Shown here: positions 19,712 to 27,225 of the stretch, piece by piece | Layout of the letters: each line of letters begins with the position of its first letter | How positions within the stretch are numbered: position 1 is the first letter of the stretch | Assembly: GCF_000196355.1 (NCBI RefSeq) | Contig: NC_007614.1 | Span: 2,490,001-2,522,000 of the forward strand | Origin: Nitrosospira multiformis ATCC 25196 | Lineage (GTDB): Bacteria; Pseudomonadota; Gammaproteobacteria; Burkholderiales; Nitrosomonadaceae | Length of the DNA stretch: 32,000 bases | Direction: 5' to 3' | Notes under the pieces: model-generated | What the model was told of the DNA's origin: nothing | The model's input: the letters and a program-made list of their open reading frames with translations, nothing else | The model's database searches: none | Position numbers and translations under genes: made by a program

Positions 19712-20934
19712 TGTAGTAGTTCAGATTTAATCTGACAGTAGGGCCTTGCGAAAAGCGGGGTTACCCGGTTTGATAGAGGTGCGAATCTTTATCAAATTGA
19801 GCGCTGAAAGCGCAAAGGAGTAACCCCATGAGTAGTGTTCAACAAAATGTTATTAAGCACAAGGTAGGGCTGCTTAATCTGGCAGCCGAGCTTGGCAATG
19901 TATCGCGTGCCTGCAAGGTGATGGGCTTTTCCCGGGATACCTTCTATCGGTATCAGTCAGCGATGGAAAATGGTGGTATCGATGCCCTGATTGATGCCAA
20001 TCGAAGGAAGCCCAATCCCAAGAATAGAGTTGAAGAAGCAGTCGAGATGGCGGTAGCTGCATTTGCCCTTGAGCAGCCTGCATTCGGGCAAGTGCGCGTT
20101 TCCAACGAGTTACGCAAACGCGGCATCTTCATTTCTCCTTCAGGCGTTCGCTCTGTCTGGCTGCGCAGGGACCTGGAATCATTCAAGAAGCGGTTGGCGG
20201 CACTGGAATGTCATATCGCGCAGACTGGAGAAGTGCTGACCGAAGCGCAGGTTAGTGCCCTGGAGAAGAAGCAGGACGACGATGTCGCCCATGGGGAGGT
20301 GGAAACCGCCCATTCAGGCTACCTTGGCAGTCAGGATACCTTCTATGTGGGCACGATCAAGGGCGTGGGTCGTATTTATCAGCAGACCTTCGTCGACACC
20401 TACTCCAAGTGGGCCACAGCCAAGCTCTATACGACCAAAACGCCGATTACAGGCGCGGATTTGCTCAACGATCGGGTACTACCCTTCTTTGCAGAACAGG
20501 ACATGGGCCTGATCCGAATTCTGACCGACCGAGGCACTGAATATTGCGGCAAGCCAGAGACTCACGATTATCAGCTCTATCTGGCGCTCAATGATATTGA
20601 ACATACTCGCACCAAAGCCAATCATCCGCAGACCAACGGCATCTGTGAGCGCTTTCACAAGACGATCCTGCAAGAGTTCTACCAGGTCGCGTTCCGGCGC
20701 AAGATATACCGATCAATCGAGGAGTTGCAAATTGACCTGGATGACTGGCTGCACTACTACAATCACGACCGCACTCATCAGGGCAAGATGTGCTGCGGGC
20801 GAACACCCATGCAAACATTAATTGACGGAAAGGAGGTGTGGAACGATAAAATCACATTACTGAACAGTTGAATCTGATCTGACAACTGCACCAGTCAAAT
20901 CGGGAAACTGTCTGATGGGATCGCGACTACTACA
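19712..20934 (+). mobile_element. IS481-family insertion sequence, about 1223 bp
   Basis: Inverted ends TGTAGTAGTTCAGATTTAATCTGACAGT (left) and TGTAGTAGTCGCGATCCCATCAGACAGT (reverse complement of right). 21 of 28 positions match. Flanked by the direct repeat CTTTAGC at 19705-19711 and 20935-20941, and encloses a transposase gene. Confidence 0.9.
19828..20871 (+). CDS. IS481-family DDE transposase
   Basis: N-terminal HTH (NVSRACKVMGFSRDTFYRYQ) and DDE integrase core (QQTFVDTYSKWATAKLY, ILTDRGTEYCG, HTRTKANHPQTNGICERFHKTILQEFY). Confidence 0.93.
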   Translation: MSSVQQNVIKHKVGLLNLAAELGNVSRACKVMGFSRDTFYRYQSAMENGGIDALIDANRRKPNPKNRVEEAVEMAVAAFALEQPAFGQVRVSNELRKRGIFISPSGVRSVWLRRDLESFKKRLAALECHIAQTGEVLTEAQVSALEKKQDDDVAHGEVETAHSGYLGSQDTFYVGTIKGVGRIYQQTFVDTYSKWATAKLYTTKTPITGADLLNDRVLPFFAEQDMGLIRILTDRGTEYCGKPETHDYQLYLALNDIEHTRTKANHPQTNGICERFHKTILQEFYQVAFRRKIYRSIEELQIDLDDWLHYYNHDRTHQGKMCCGRTPMQTLIDGKEVWNDKITLLNS

Positions 20935-20941
20935 CTTTAGC
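20935..20941. repeat. Target-site duplication, right copy (CTTTAGC)
   Basis: Identical 7-mer abuts both IS ends. Confidence 0.88.
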
Positions 20942-21652
20942 GAGTCTCTTGGCAATATCCTCCGGTTCTAAACCAGCCCACGCCTCCGACAGGGTCGAGA
21001 GAGCTACTAAATCCCGCATTGTTCGCCGCAAGCGGCGTAATGCATCATTATCGTTCTCAGCTACATCCATCGAGTTGTGCCTCCTGGTACACCTGCCGGC
21101 ATATAGAGGGATTACTCATCAGTGGTTCGCGCCTGAGTTTCTTTAAGCATCTCCTCAGCAGGGACATAGAAAGGGCCCTTCTGGATGCTTCTGATCAGCC
21201 CTGCGGCATTAAGACAACTGCCGTTATGAGCGTTTTAACTGCGTCTTTAGATATAGCAGTACTGCGGCTATGCATGCAATTTTATATTTATCTTACCGTC
21301 CAGAACCATCAGGAGAAGCTACTTGCGAGTCGTTAAAAGGCCGTTATGACCTCGATAACGTATTTTATCAGCCACTTCTAATCTCCCCATTTCTGTAACC
21401 CCTTAAGTATCGATTGTGTCAATTTGTGGTACACCCTATACGTACACTTTCTACCCGACACTTTTCCTCTCTTTTTCACCTCTTTTCTGTCATTTTAGGT
21501 TTCCTCTGCTCTTAAACTGACAAGATCAGCCAAAGCTATAGACTCTATCCTGACAAATACGGAGGAGTCATGACCAATCAACGGATCGGTTTCGTACGCC
21601 GCTCTTACTCACACTCATTCTGGTTCAGGTCTATAAAAGAGTTGACAATATT

Positions 21653-21665
21653 AACCTATTAGGTT
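21653..21665. promoter_or_regulatory. MqsA-type operator palindrome AACCTATTAGGTT
   Basis: Perfect inverted repeat AACCT-ATT-AGGTT, 12 bp upstream of the mqsR start codon. It matches the AACCT-N3-AGGTT operator described for E. coli MqsA. Confidence 0.82.
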
Positions 21666-21677
21666 GACATACTGTTC

Positions 21678-21980
21678 ATGGACAAGAGCAAACCACATTA
21701 CGAACTGGACAAGGTCAAAAGCTTAATACGCGCTGGTCAGTATCGGATAACAAGAGTCGCAAGCGAAGGCGGCGACAAGCTAGGTTTTAAAAACACCCAA
21801 GAGATCGCGGAATTCGTGCTAACGCTGAAACGCACCGATTTCTATAAAAGCATGACAAGCAACATGAACCACAAGGAATGGCAAGACGTGTATCACGGCG
21901 ACGGGCCAACGAAAAAAGTGGTTTACCTGAAATTCATTGTCACGAACGACGTATTGATACTTTCCTTTAAGGAGAAATGA
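21678..21980 (+). CDS. mqsR: Type II toxin-antitoxin system toxin, MqsR family mRNA interferase
   Basis: KPHYELDKVKSLIRAGQYRITRVA...DFYKSMTSNMNHKEWQDVYHGD...VYLKFIVTNDVLILSFKEK is close to E. coli MqsR in length and motifs (DFYKSMT, WQDVY, DVLI.SFKEK). Confidence 0.93.
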   Translation: MDKSKPHYELDKVKSLIRAGQYRITRVASEGGDKLGFKNTQEIAEFVLTLKRTDFYKSMTSNMNHKEWQDVYHGDGPTKKVVYLKFIVTNDVLILSFKEK

Positions 21981-21981
21981 G

Positions 21982-22455
21982 ATGAGATGTTCACTGTGCG
22001 GGAAGGGCGAGGTGGTAGCGGGTACCCGCGATGTGCCCTTTACCTATAAGGGCCAAAAAACCTTTATTAAAAATATTCGGGGGGAGTACTGCAACCGCTG
22101 CGGCGAGGGTTACTATGGCCCGGAGCACGATGGCGATATTCTCATGGCCGGATACCGCGAGTTCAGAGAAAAAGTCGATACTGTGCTGGCCGAGCAGGCC
22201 ACATTCGTGGAGCAGGTGCGGAAGAAACTGGGGCTCGACCAGCGTGAAGCAGGGGAGATTTTTGGCGGCGGAGTGAATGCCTTTTCGCGTTATGAGACTG
22301 GAAAAGTCAGAACACCGGTCTCTGTCATGCAGCTGTTCACGCTACTCGACCGGCACCCTGAGCTACTTGAGGAAATCAGGCAGAATAGATATCGGACCAG
22401 GGGTACACAGGAGCTTCGTGAGGAAGTATCCGCGCAGAAGGAACTGACGGATTGA
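21982..22455 (+). CDS. mqsA: Antitoxin, MqsA family (first copy)
   Basis: CxxC...CxxC zinc finger (RCSLCGKGE...EYCNRCGEGYY) and C-terminal HTH (LGLDQREAGEIFGGGVNAFSRYETGKVRTP). Confidence 0.93.
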   Translation: MRCSLCGKGEVVAGTRDVPFTYKGQKTFIKNIRGEYCNRCGEGYYGPEHDGDILMAGYREFREKVDTVLAEQATFVEQVRKKLGLDQREAGEIFGGGVNAFSRYETGKVRTPVSVMQLFTLLDRHPELLEEIRQNRYRTRGTQELREEVSAQKELTD

Positions 22456-22466
22456 GCGAGAAAAAC

Positions 22467-22964
22467 ATGGAGTGCGTCATATGTTGGAAGGGCGAACTTG
22501 TACGCGATACGCGTGATGTGTCTTTTACCTACAAGTGTCAAAAGACCTTCATTAAAGATATCGACGGCGAGTATTGCACACATTGCGGCATGGGCTATTA
22601 CGGACCTGAACATGCCGGTGACGAACTGGTGGCAGGAATGGTTGAATTCAGGAAGCATGTGGACAGCGTGCTGCAAGAGCAGGGTCTATTCGTGGCCAAG
22701 ACCAGACAAAAACTGGGGCTTGAACAGAACGAAGCGGATGGGATTTTCGGCGGCATTAACGCCTTTTCTCGTTACGAAAGCGGAAAAGTAAGGACGCCAG
22801 TCGCGGTCATGCAGCTTTTGACGCTGCTCGACCGGCACCCGGAGCTGCTTGAGGAAATCAGACAGAACAGATATCGGATCGGGGGTGCACAGGAGTTTCG
22901 TGAGGAGTCGTTCGGGTCCATCGGCGCAGACCAGAATCAACTGAGATTGACCGTTAATCCATGA
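22467..22964 (+). CDS. Antitoxin, MqsA family (second tandem paralogue); ORF extends to 22452
   Basis: Same architecture as the upstream gene: ECVICWKGELVRDTRDVSFTYKCQKTFIKDIDGEYCTHCGMGYYGPEH...LGLEQNEADGIFGG-INAFSRYESGKVRTP. Confidence 0.9.
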   Translation: MECVICWKGELVRDTRDVSFTYKCQKTFIKDIDGEYCTHCGMGYYGPEHAGDELVAGMVEFRKHVDSVLQEQGLFVAKTRQKLGLEQNEADGIFGGINAFSRYESGKVRTPVAVMQLLTLLDRHPELLEEIRQNRYRIGGAQEFREESFGSIGADQNQLRLTVNP

Positions 22965-23125
22965 AGTCGTCGATAGTGCCAGCCTTTGGATGTAGTTTTT
23001 TGAACCGACATCTCTGATGAAGACGCGGCCACTCTTGCCTTACTGCCCCTTTCGTATAAGTTTGCCACTACCGACCGCATGCCCGCTGAAGACTTTACAG
23101 CGGATGCCTCCAGTAAACATGGTTG

Positions 23126-23491
23126 TTATTCGTGCGCCCCCGCTCGCCACTGCTTGGTACGCATCACGTTTTCCATCATCTTCAATGTAAGCGGCAAGTA
23201 CTCATTGTGTTGCCTGGCCAAATAACCAGCAAAAGGCAGGATTGAGAACAGTGCACCAAGAAGCGCATTCTTCCCCGCAAACTCGGGTGGGAAGAACTTA
23301 TCAAACTCGAAGCCACTCAGGTCTACGTGATAGTGATCTGCCAACTCTTCCATGTAGGCCTCAGCGATATCGCCGTAAAGGCCAAGATCGTGATACATCC
23401 GCGTGTTGCCATTACACCGGGCGATCATGCGTTCAGACAGGCCGCAGCGCTTAAGGTATTCGCGCAATTCGATCGAGAGTTCATTTGCCAT
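23126..23491 (-). CDS. DUF1493-like small protein, possible immunity-type partner of the Rhs tip; ORF extends to 23506
   Basis: LGLYGDIAEAYMEELADHYHVDLSGFEFDKFFPPEF resembles the DUF1493 core. It is directly coupled to the stop of the Rhs fragment. Confidence 0.55.
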   Translation of the reverse strand: MANELSIELREYLKRCGLSERMIARCNGNTRMYHDLGLYGDIAEAYMEELADHYHVDLSGFEFDKFFPPEFAGKNALLGALFSILPFAGYLARQHNEYLPLTLKMMENVMRTKQWRAGAHE

Positions 23492-23496
23492 AGACA

Positions 23497-24291
23497 TCAA
23501 TCGCAAGAGAGAGCGTCATAGACTTCATAGGCCGCCAAGGCAGCACCGGCATACGGGACCTTCCGCAGAACCTCGGTGATCCCGTTCCGCGTCGCAACCG
23601 AGTACATGCCGCTCTTTGCCGCCATATGATTCATCTGGCTAAAACTTGAGGTCCCCGTACCCGCAAGGCCTCCACCAGCAATACCTCCTCGCGGTTTGCT
23701 CGCAAACCTACCAGCCCCACCAACTGCACCGCCGGCTGCTGCATTGCCGGCGGCACCGACCGGCGTGGTTTGGCACGTGCAATGCTCCTTCTTGTAGCGC
23801 TCAAGTGCATAGTCGAACGCGTAGCCAACCCCGATGCCGATCAGGATCGGAACAAATGCAATTTCCCCTGTAGGATCGATCTTGGAAAGGGGATTTCCTT
23901 CAACATATACGTAGGTATTAATTCCTCCTGCCAACCCAATCGGATCACTCTGGATATAGCGCCCTGTCTTAGGATCGTAATCCCGGAAGTAGTTGTAGTG
24001 CAGGCCTGTTTCGGCATCATGATACTGACCCGGGTATCTCAGATTGTAGCTGAACGTTCCCAGTCCTGAGGGGTTCTGGTTCGGTGGATTGGCGCCGAAG
24101 GGTCCATATCCCACACCCACACTGCCTGGCCTATCGCATCATGAATCTGCCGAGGTATTGAGGTGATCGGTATGGATGTAGTAGATGGTGCCGTATCTGA
24201 GGATAGCCAGGGGAAGGTCGCCCAGCCAGACGGTCTCCTGGATGGGATTGCCTGCCACGCCGTATTCTCCGATCAACTGTCCGCCCTCGTT
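23497..24291 (-). pseudogene. Orphan Rhs core C-terminal fragment with small C-terminal tip domain; 5' truncated and frame-disrupted (annotatable ORF 23497-24120)
   Basis: [58 protein letters not shown] is the Rhs core end. Upstream codons on the same strand give GGQLIGEYGVAGNPIQETVWLGDLPLAILRYGTIYYIHTDHLNT, then an in-frame TGA at 24139-24141. Confidence 0.85.
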
Positions 24292-24713
24292 TCACTTAAC
24301 AGTTAAAATATTAAAAATTCAATGTTTTAGCAACAATATAGATGTAATCAGATTATATGAATTGAATACTGTTAATCCATAAATCCATCAACAAGAGCCT
24401 GCCTTCTTTCTTCTCATTCTTTCCGTTCGGCTCAACAGATAACATCTACCTTGTAAATCACTCCTCTTTGATTAACCCCGTCCTCTCCGATGAGAATAAA
24501 CCCGCATTCATGGACATTGTGTTCTCACCGGTAAATTAGCTAGGTGTGGAGCAGTTAGCTTCGAAAAAACCGGGAAACTACGAAAACCGCATGAGAAAGT
24601 GAGAAATGGCCTGAGTTAAAATCAAAACGCGTTGATTAACCGGCTAAAATTTGGTGGTTTTAATGGTGGGTATAAATTCCAACTTACTTGAAACCGCGTA
24701 TTTACGCGATGGA

Positions 24714-24801
24714 TGGCGGAAGAGGTGGGATTCGAACCCACGAATGGTTGCCCATTGCCGGTTTTCAAGACCGGTGCCTTCAACCGCTCGGCCACTCTTC
24801 C
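24714..24801 (-). tRNA. tRNA-Ser(UGA), with encoded CCA
   Basis: Minus strand reads GGAAGAGTGGCCGAGCGGTTGAAGGCACCGGTCTTGAAAACCGGCAATGGGCAACCATTCGTGGGTTCGAATCCCACCTCTTCCGCCA. It has a paired acceptor stem, TGA anticodon at 24765-24767, long variable arm and T-loop GGTTCGAATCC. Confidence 0.95.
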
Positions 24802-24812
24802 ATTGACTCTCG

Positions 24813-24845
24813 GACGGCTGCCTTCAACCGCTCGGCCACGCCTCC
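24813..24845 (-). pseudogene. Truncated tRNA-Ser copy (5' acceptor strand plus D-arm only)
   Basis: Minus strand GGAGGCGTGGCCGAGCGGTTGAAGGCAGCCGTC. It shares the 21-mer GTGGCCGAGCGGTTGAAGGCA with the intact tRNA-Ser, but no anticodon arm or T-arm follows. Confidence 0.8.
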
Positions 24846-24978
24846 GAAACTGCCTGCGAATCATACTCGTTTGGGGCCTGTTTTTCCAGCAATGCGCCTG
24901 CAATAACGACAGGATTGCAACTTTCCATAAAGATGAGTAGTCTTATGCGTGTAAAGTTTCGTCAACCAAGGAGACGTC

Positions 24979-25674
24979 ATGCAACCTGAACTTCGATATT
25001 CCAGCCCGACTGTGCAAACCGGACTTGCAGTCGAGCGCAACAAGGTACTGCGCAATACCTATTGGATGCTTGGCCTGACCATGATCCCAACGGTGATCGG
25101 CGCGATGATCGGAATGAGCACCAACTTTGCGTTCCTCGCGCAAGCGCCTATCATGGGACCGCTGGTGATGCTGGCCATCATGATGGGATTGCTGTTTGGC
25201 GTAAGCGCCACCCGCAACAGCGTGGTGGGAATCGGATTGCTGTTCCTGTTTACTTTTGTGGCCGGGTGGTGGCTGGGCCCGATGCTCCAGTATGCGCTTC
25301 ATTTCAAGAATGGCGCACAGATCATCACAACCGCCGCCGCGGGAACAGGAGCAATCTTCTTCACGCTGGCCACCATCGCCACGGTGACGAAGAAGGATTT
25401 CGGCTTTATGCAGAACTTCCTGTTCGTGGGGCTGATACTCCTGATGATCGCGTCGATCGCCAATCTGTTCTTTGCCGTACCGGCAGCCTCGCTCGCCATT
25501 TCGGCAGTTGCGGTACTGCTGTTCTCCGGTTTCATTCTGTTTGATGTAAGCCGTATCGTGAACGGCGGGGAAACCAACTACGTGATGGCGACCATGGGCA
25601 TCTACCTCAGCCTGTACAACCTCTTCACCAGCCTGCTGCACCTGCTGCTGGCGTTGTCGGGCGAGAGAGACTGA
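24979..25674 (+). CDS. Bax inhibitor-1/YccA family membrane protein
   Basis: Seven hydrophobic segments, LRNTYWMLGLTMIPTVIGAMIGM, and SGFILFDVSRIVNGGETNYVMATMGIYLSLYNLFTSLLHLL. Confidence 0.92.
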   Translation: MQPELRYSSPTVQTGLAVERNKVLRNTYWMLGLTMIPTVIGAMIGMSTNFAFLAQAPIMGPLVMLAIMMGLLFGVSATRNSVVGIGLLFLFTFVAGWWLGPMLQYALHFKNGAQIITTAAAGTGAIFFTLATIATVTKKDFGFMQNFLFVGLILLMIASIANLFFAVPAASLAISAVAVLLFSGFILFDVSRIVNGGETNYVMATMGIYLSLYNLFTSLLHLLLALSGERD

Positions 25675-25748
25675 CGCGAAAAGCGCCATAGGAAAAACTA
25701 TAGGATAAGCCCCAGGAGCAAGCCAGGGGAATCCGGAAATACCTCCGG

Positions 25749-25774
25749 GGCGGCTGGAAACAGCCGCCTTTTTT
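25749..25774 (+). terminator. Rho-independent terminator downstream of the Bax inhibitor-1-like gene
   Basis: GGCGGCTG-GAAA-CAGCCGCC-TTTTTT: perfect 8-bp stem, GAAA loop and T tract. Confidence 0.88.
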
Positions 25775-25782
25775 CATGCCTC

Positions 25783-27108
25783 TCAAGCTTGCCTGCGGGC
25801 TTTCTCGAACAGCGCGATGGACTCCACATGCGCGGTATGCGGAAACATGTTGATGACACCCGCCGCTTTCAACGCATACCCATTCCTGTGCACCAGAACG
25901 CTCGCGTCGCGAGCCAGTGTGGCGGGATTGCAGGAGACGTAAACGATGCGCCAGGGCTTGAGCTGTTTCTCTTCGAGGGCGGTCACCACGGCAACAGCAC
26001 CCTCCCGCGGCGGATCGATCAGCATCTTGTCGAAATCCCCCTGCTCACGCATCCAACTTTCATCGATTTCAAACAGGTTGGCTTCCATGAATCGCGTACT
26101 CCCCGCGAGGCCGTTGCGTTGTGAATTTTGACGGGCGCGGGAGACAAGCGCCGCGCTGCCTTCATAGCCCACTACCTGCGCGCCGCGCCGCGCAACGGGA
26201 AGAGTGAAATTACCCAGCCCGCAAAACAGGTCCGCGATGCGTTCTCCCCGCCGGGGATCGAGCAGGTTGAGCGCTCGCCGCACCAGTATGCGATTGACCA
26301 TCGGATTCACCTGGGTGAACTCAGTCGGATGAAACGGAATGGTTACATCGAATTCCGGCAGCGTATAACTCAGTTCCGGGGCGTCTTCGGGATAGAAAGG
26401 ATAAGCTGTTTGAGGACCGCCGGTTTGCAGGAAAAGCTGAACGTGATGCTGGTCGGCAAAAGCCTTGAGCAAGGTTTCATCCTGCGCGGTCAGGGGTTCG
26501 AGAATGCGCAGGACCAGTACATCCACGTCCTCGCCCAGTGAAACTTCAATCTGCGGCAGACGTTCGCGGATGGACAGGCTTTCCACCAGCTTTCGTAATG
26601 GCATGATGAGGGCGGAAATACGCGGCGGCATGATCCTGCAGGCCTGCATGTCGGCAATGAAGCTGCTGCGCTTTTCATGAAAACCGACCAGTACGCCGCC
26701 TTTTTTTGCCACATACCGGACTGATAACCGTGCCCGGTAGCGGTAGCCCCAGGGTGATCCATAAACCGCCGGCAATACCAGTTCGGGTGCAACCTTGCCG
26801 ATGTGCTTGAGGTTATCTTCGAGCACGCGCTGTTTTGCCGCCACCTGGGTGCGAACGTCCATATGCTGCATGCTGCAACCGCCGCAGATGCCGAAATGGT
26901 GGCATTCCGGCGTTACCCGCGAAAACGCAGGCTTGAGAATCTGACCGACCTGGGCAAGTTCGAAGCTCGGTTTTCTGCGATAGGCGTTATAGGTGACGAC
27001 TTCTCCCGGCAGGGCGCCCTCGATGAAAATGACCTTGCCTTCGGCATGCGCAACGCCCCGGCCTTCCTGATCCAGGGATTCGATAAGAACGGGAGCAGTC
27101 ATATTCAC
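25783..27108 (-). CDS. rlmD: 23S rRNA (uracil(1939)-C(5))-methyltransferase RlmD
   Basis: TRAM domain, Fe-S cysteines [38 protein letters not shown], and [12 protein letters not shown]. Confidence 0.93.
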   Translation of the reverse strand: MNMTAPVLIESLDQEGRGVAHAEGKVIFIEGALPGEVVTYNAYRRKPSFELAQVGQILKPAFSRVTPECHHFGICGGCSMQHMDVRTQVAAKQRVLEDNLKHIGKVAPELVLPAVYGSPWGYRYRARLSVRYVAKKGGVLVGFHEKRSSFIADMQACRIMPPRISALIMPLRKLVESLSIRERLPQIEVSLGEDVDVLVLRILEPLTAQDETLLKAFADQHHVQLFLQTGGPQTAYPFYPEDAPELSYTLPEFDVTIPFHPTEFTQVNPMVNRILVRRALNLLDPRRGERIADLFCGLGNFTLPVARRGAQVVGYEGSAALVSRARQNSQRNGLAGSTRFMEANLFEIDESWMREQGDFDKMLIDPPREGAVAVVTALEEKQLKPWRIVYVSCNPATLARDASVLVHRNGYALKAAGVINMFPHTAHVESIALFEKARRQA

Positions 27109-27225
27109 ACTGGCAGGTTCGAAATCGGGAACGGGTTCAGAAGGATTGGATATTCTACCCTCGGATGCTTTCCGGAATCTGCCGAACCTCCATGCAGGAG
27201 AATGAGCAGCCGCAGCAACTGTCGA

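Larger units (their letters stand above)
16892..21070 (-). pseudogene. Hybrid sensor histidine kinase / response regulator (GAF-PAS-PAS-GAF-HisKA-HATPase-REC) interrupted by an IS481-family element. The 3' remainder is annotatable as an ORF at 16892-19678; the 5' fragment is 20935-21070
   Basis: The main ORF has PAS domains, HELRNPLAPVRNGLAVL (H box), NLLNNAAKYT (N box), GGLGIGLALVKRLVEMHNG (G box) and ILVVDDNVDGAETLAMLLMMSGH...FLDIGLPGLSGYEVA (REC). Manual translation of the complement across the IS, with one target copy removed, gives a continuous frame MDVAENDNDALRRLRRTMRDLVALSTLSEAWAGLEPEDIAKRLAKVLSSTLDLDLVYIRLAQ... Confidence 0.88.

Noticed and set aside
20872-20890. Inner TGCAGTTG-type motif considered as the right terminus of the IS481 element
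   Set aside because: Gives no target duplication. The outer end at 20934 gives CTTTAGC repeats and restores the kinase reading frame.
20949-21146. 65-aa plus-strand ORF downstream of the transposase
   Set aside because: Antisense to the recovered 5' fragment of the split kinase gene, which explains this DNA better.
21982-22964. Considered whether the two MqsA copies were an assembly duplication
   Set aside because: The two copies differ at many amino-acid positions and by an indel, so they are diverged paralogues, not an artefactual repeat.
24943-25689. 248-aa minus-strand ORF
   Set aside because: Antisense to the Bax inhibitor-1-like gene. The translation is low-complexity His/Gln-rich, typical of a shadow ORF.
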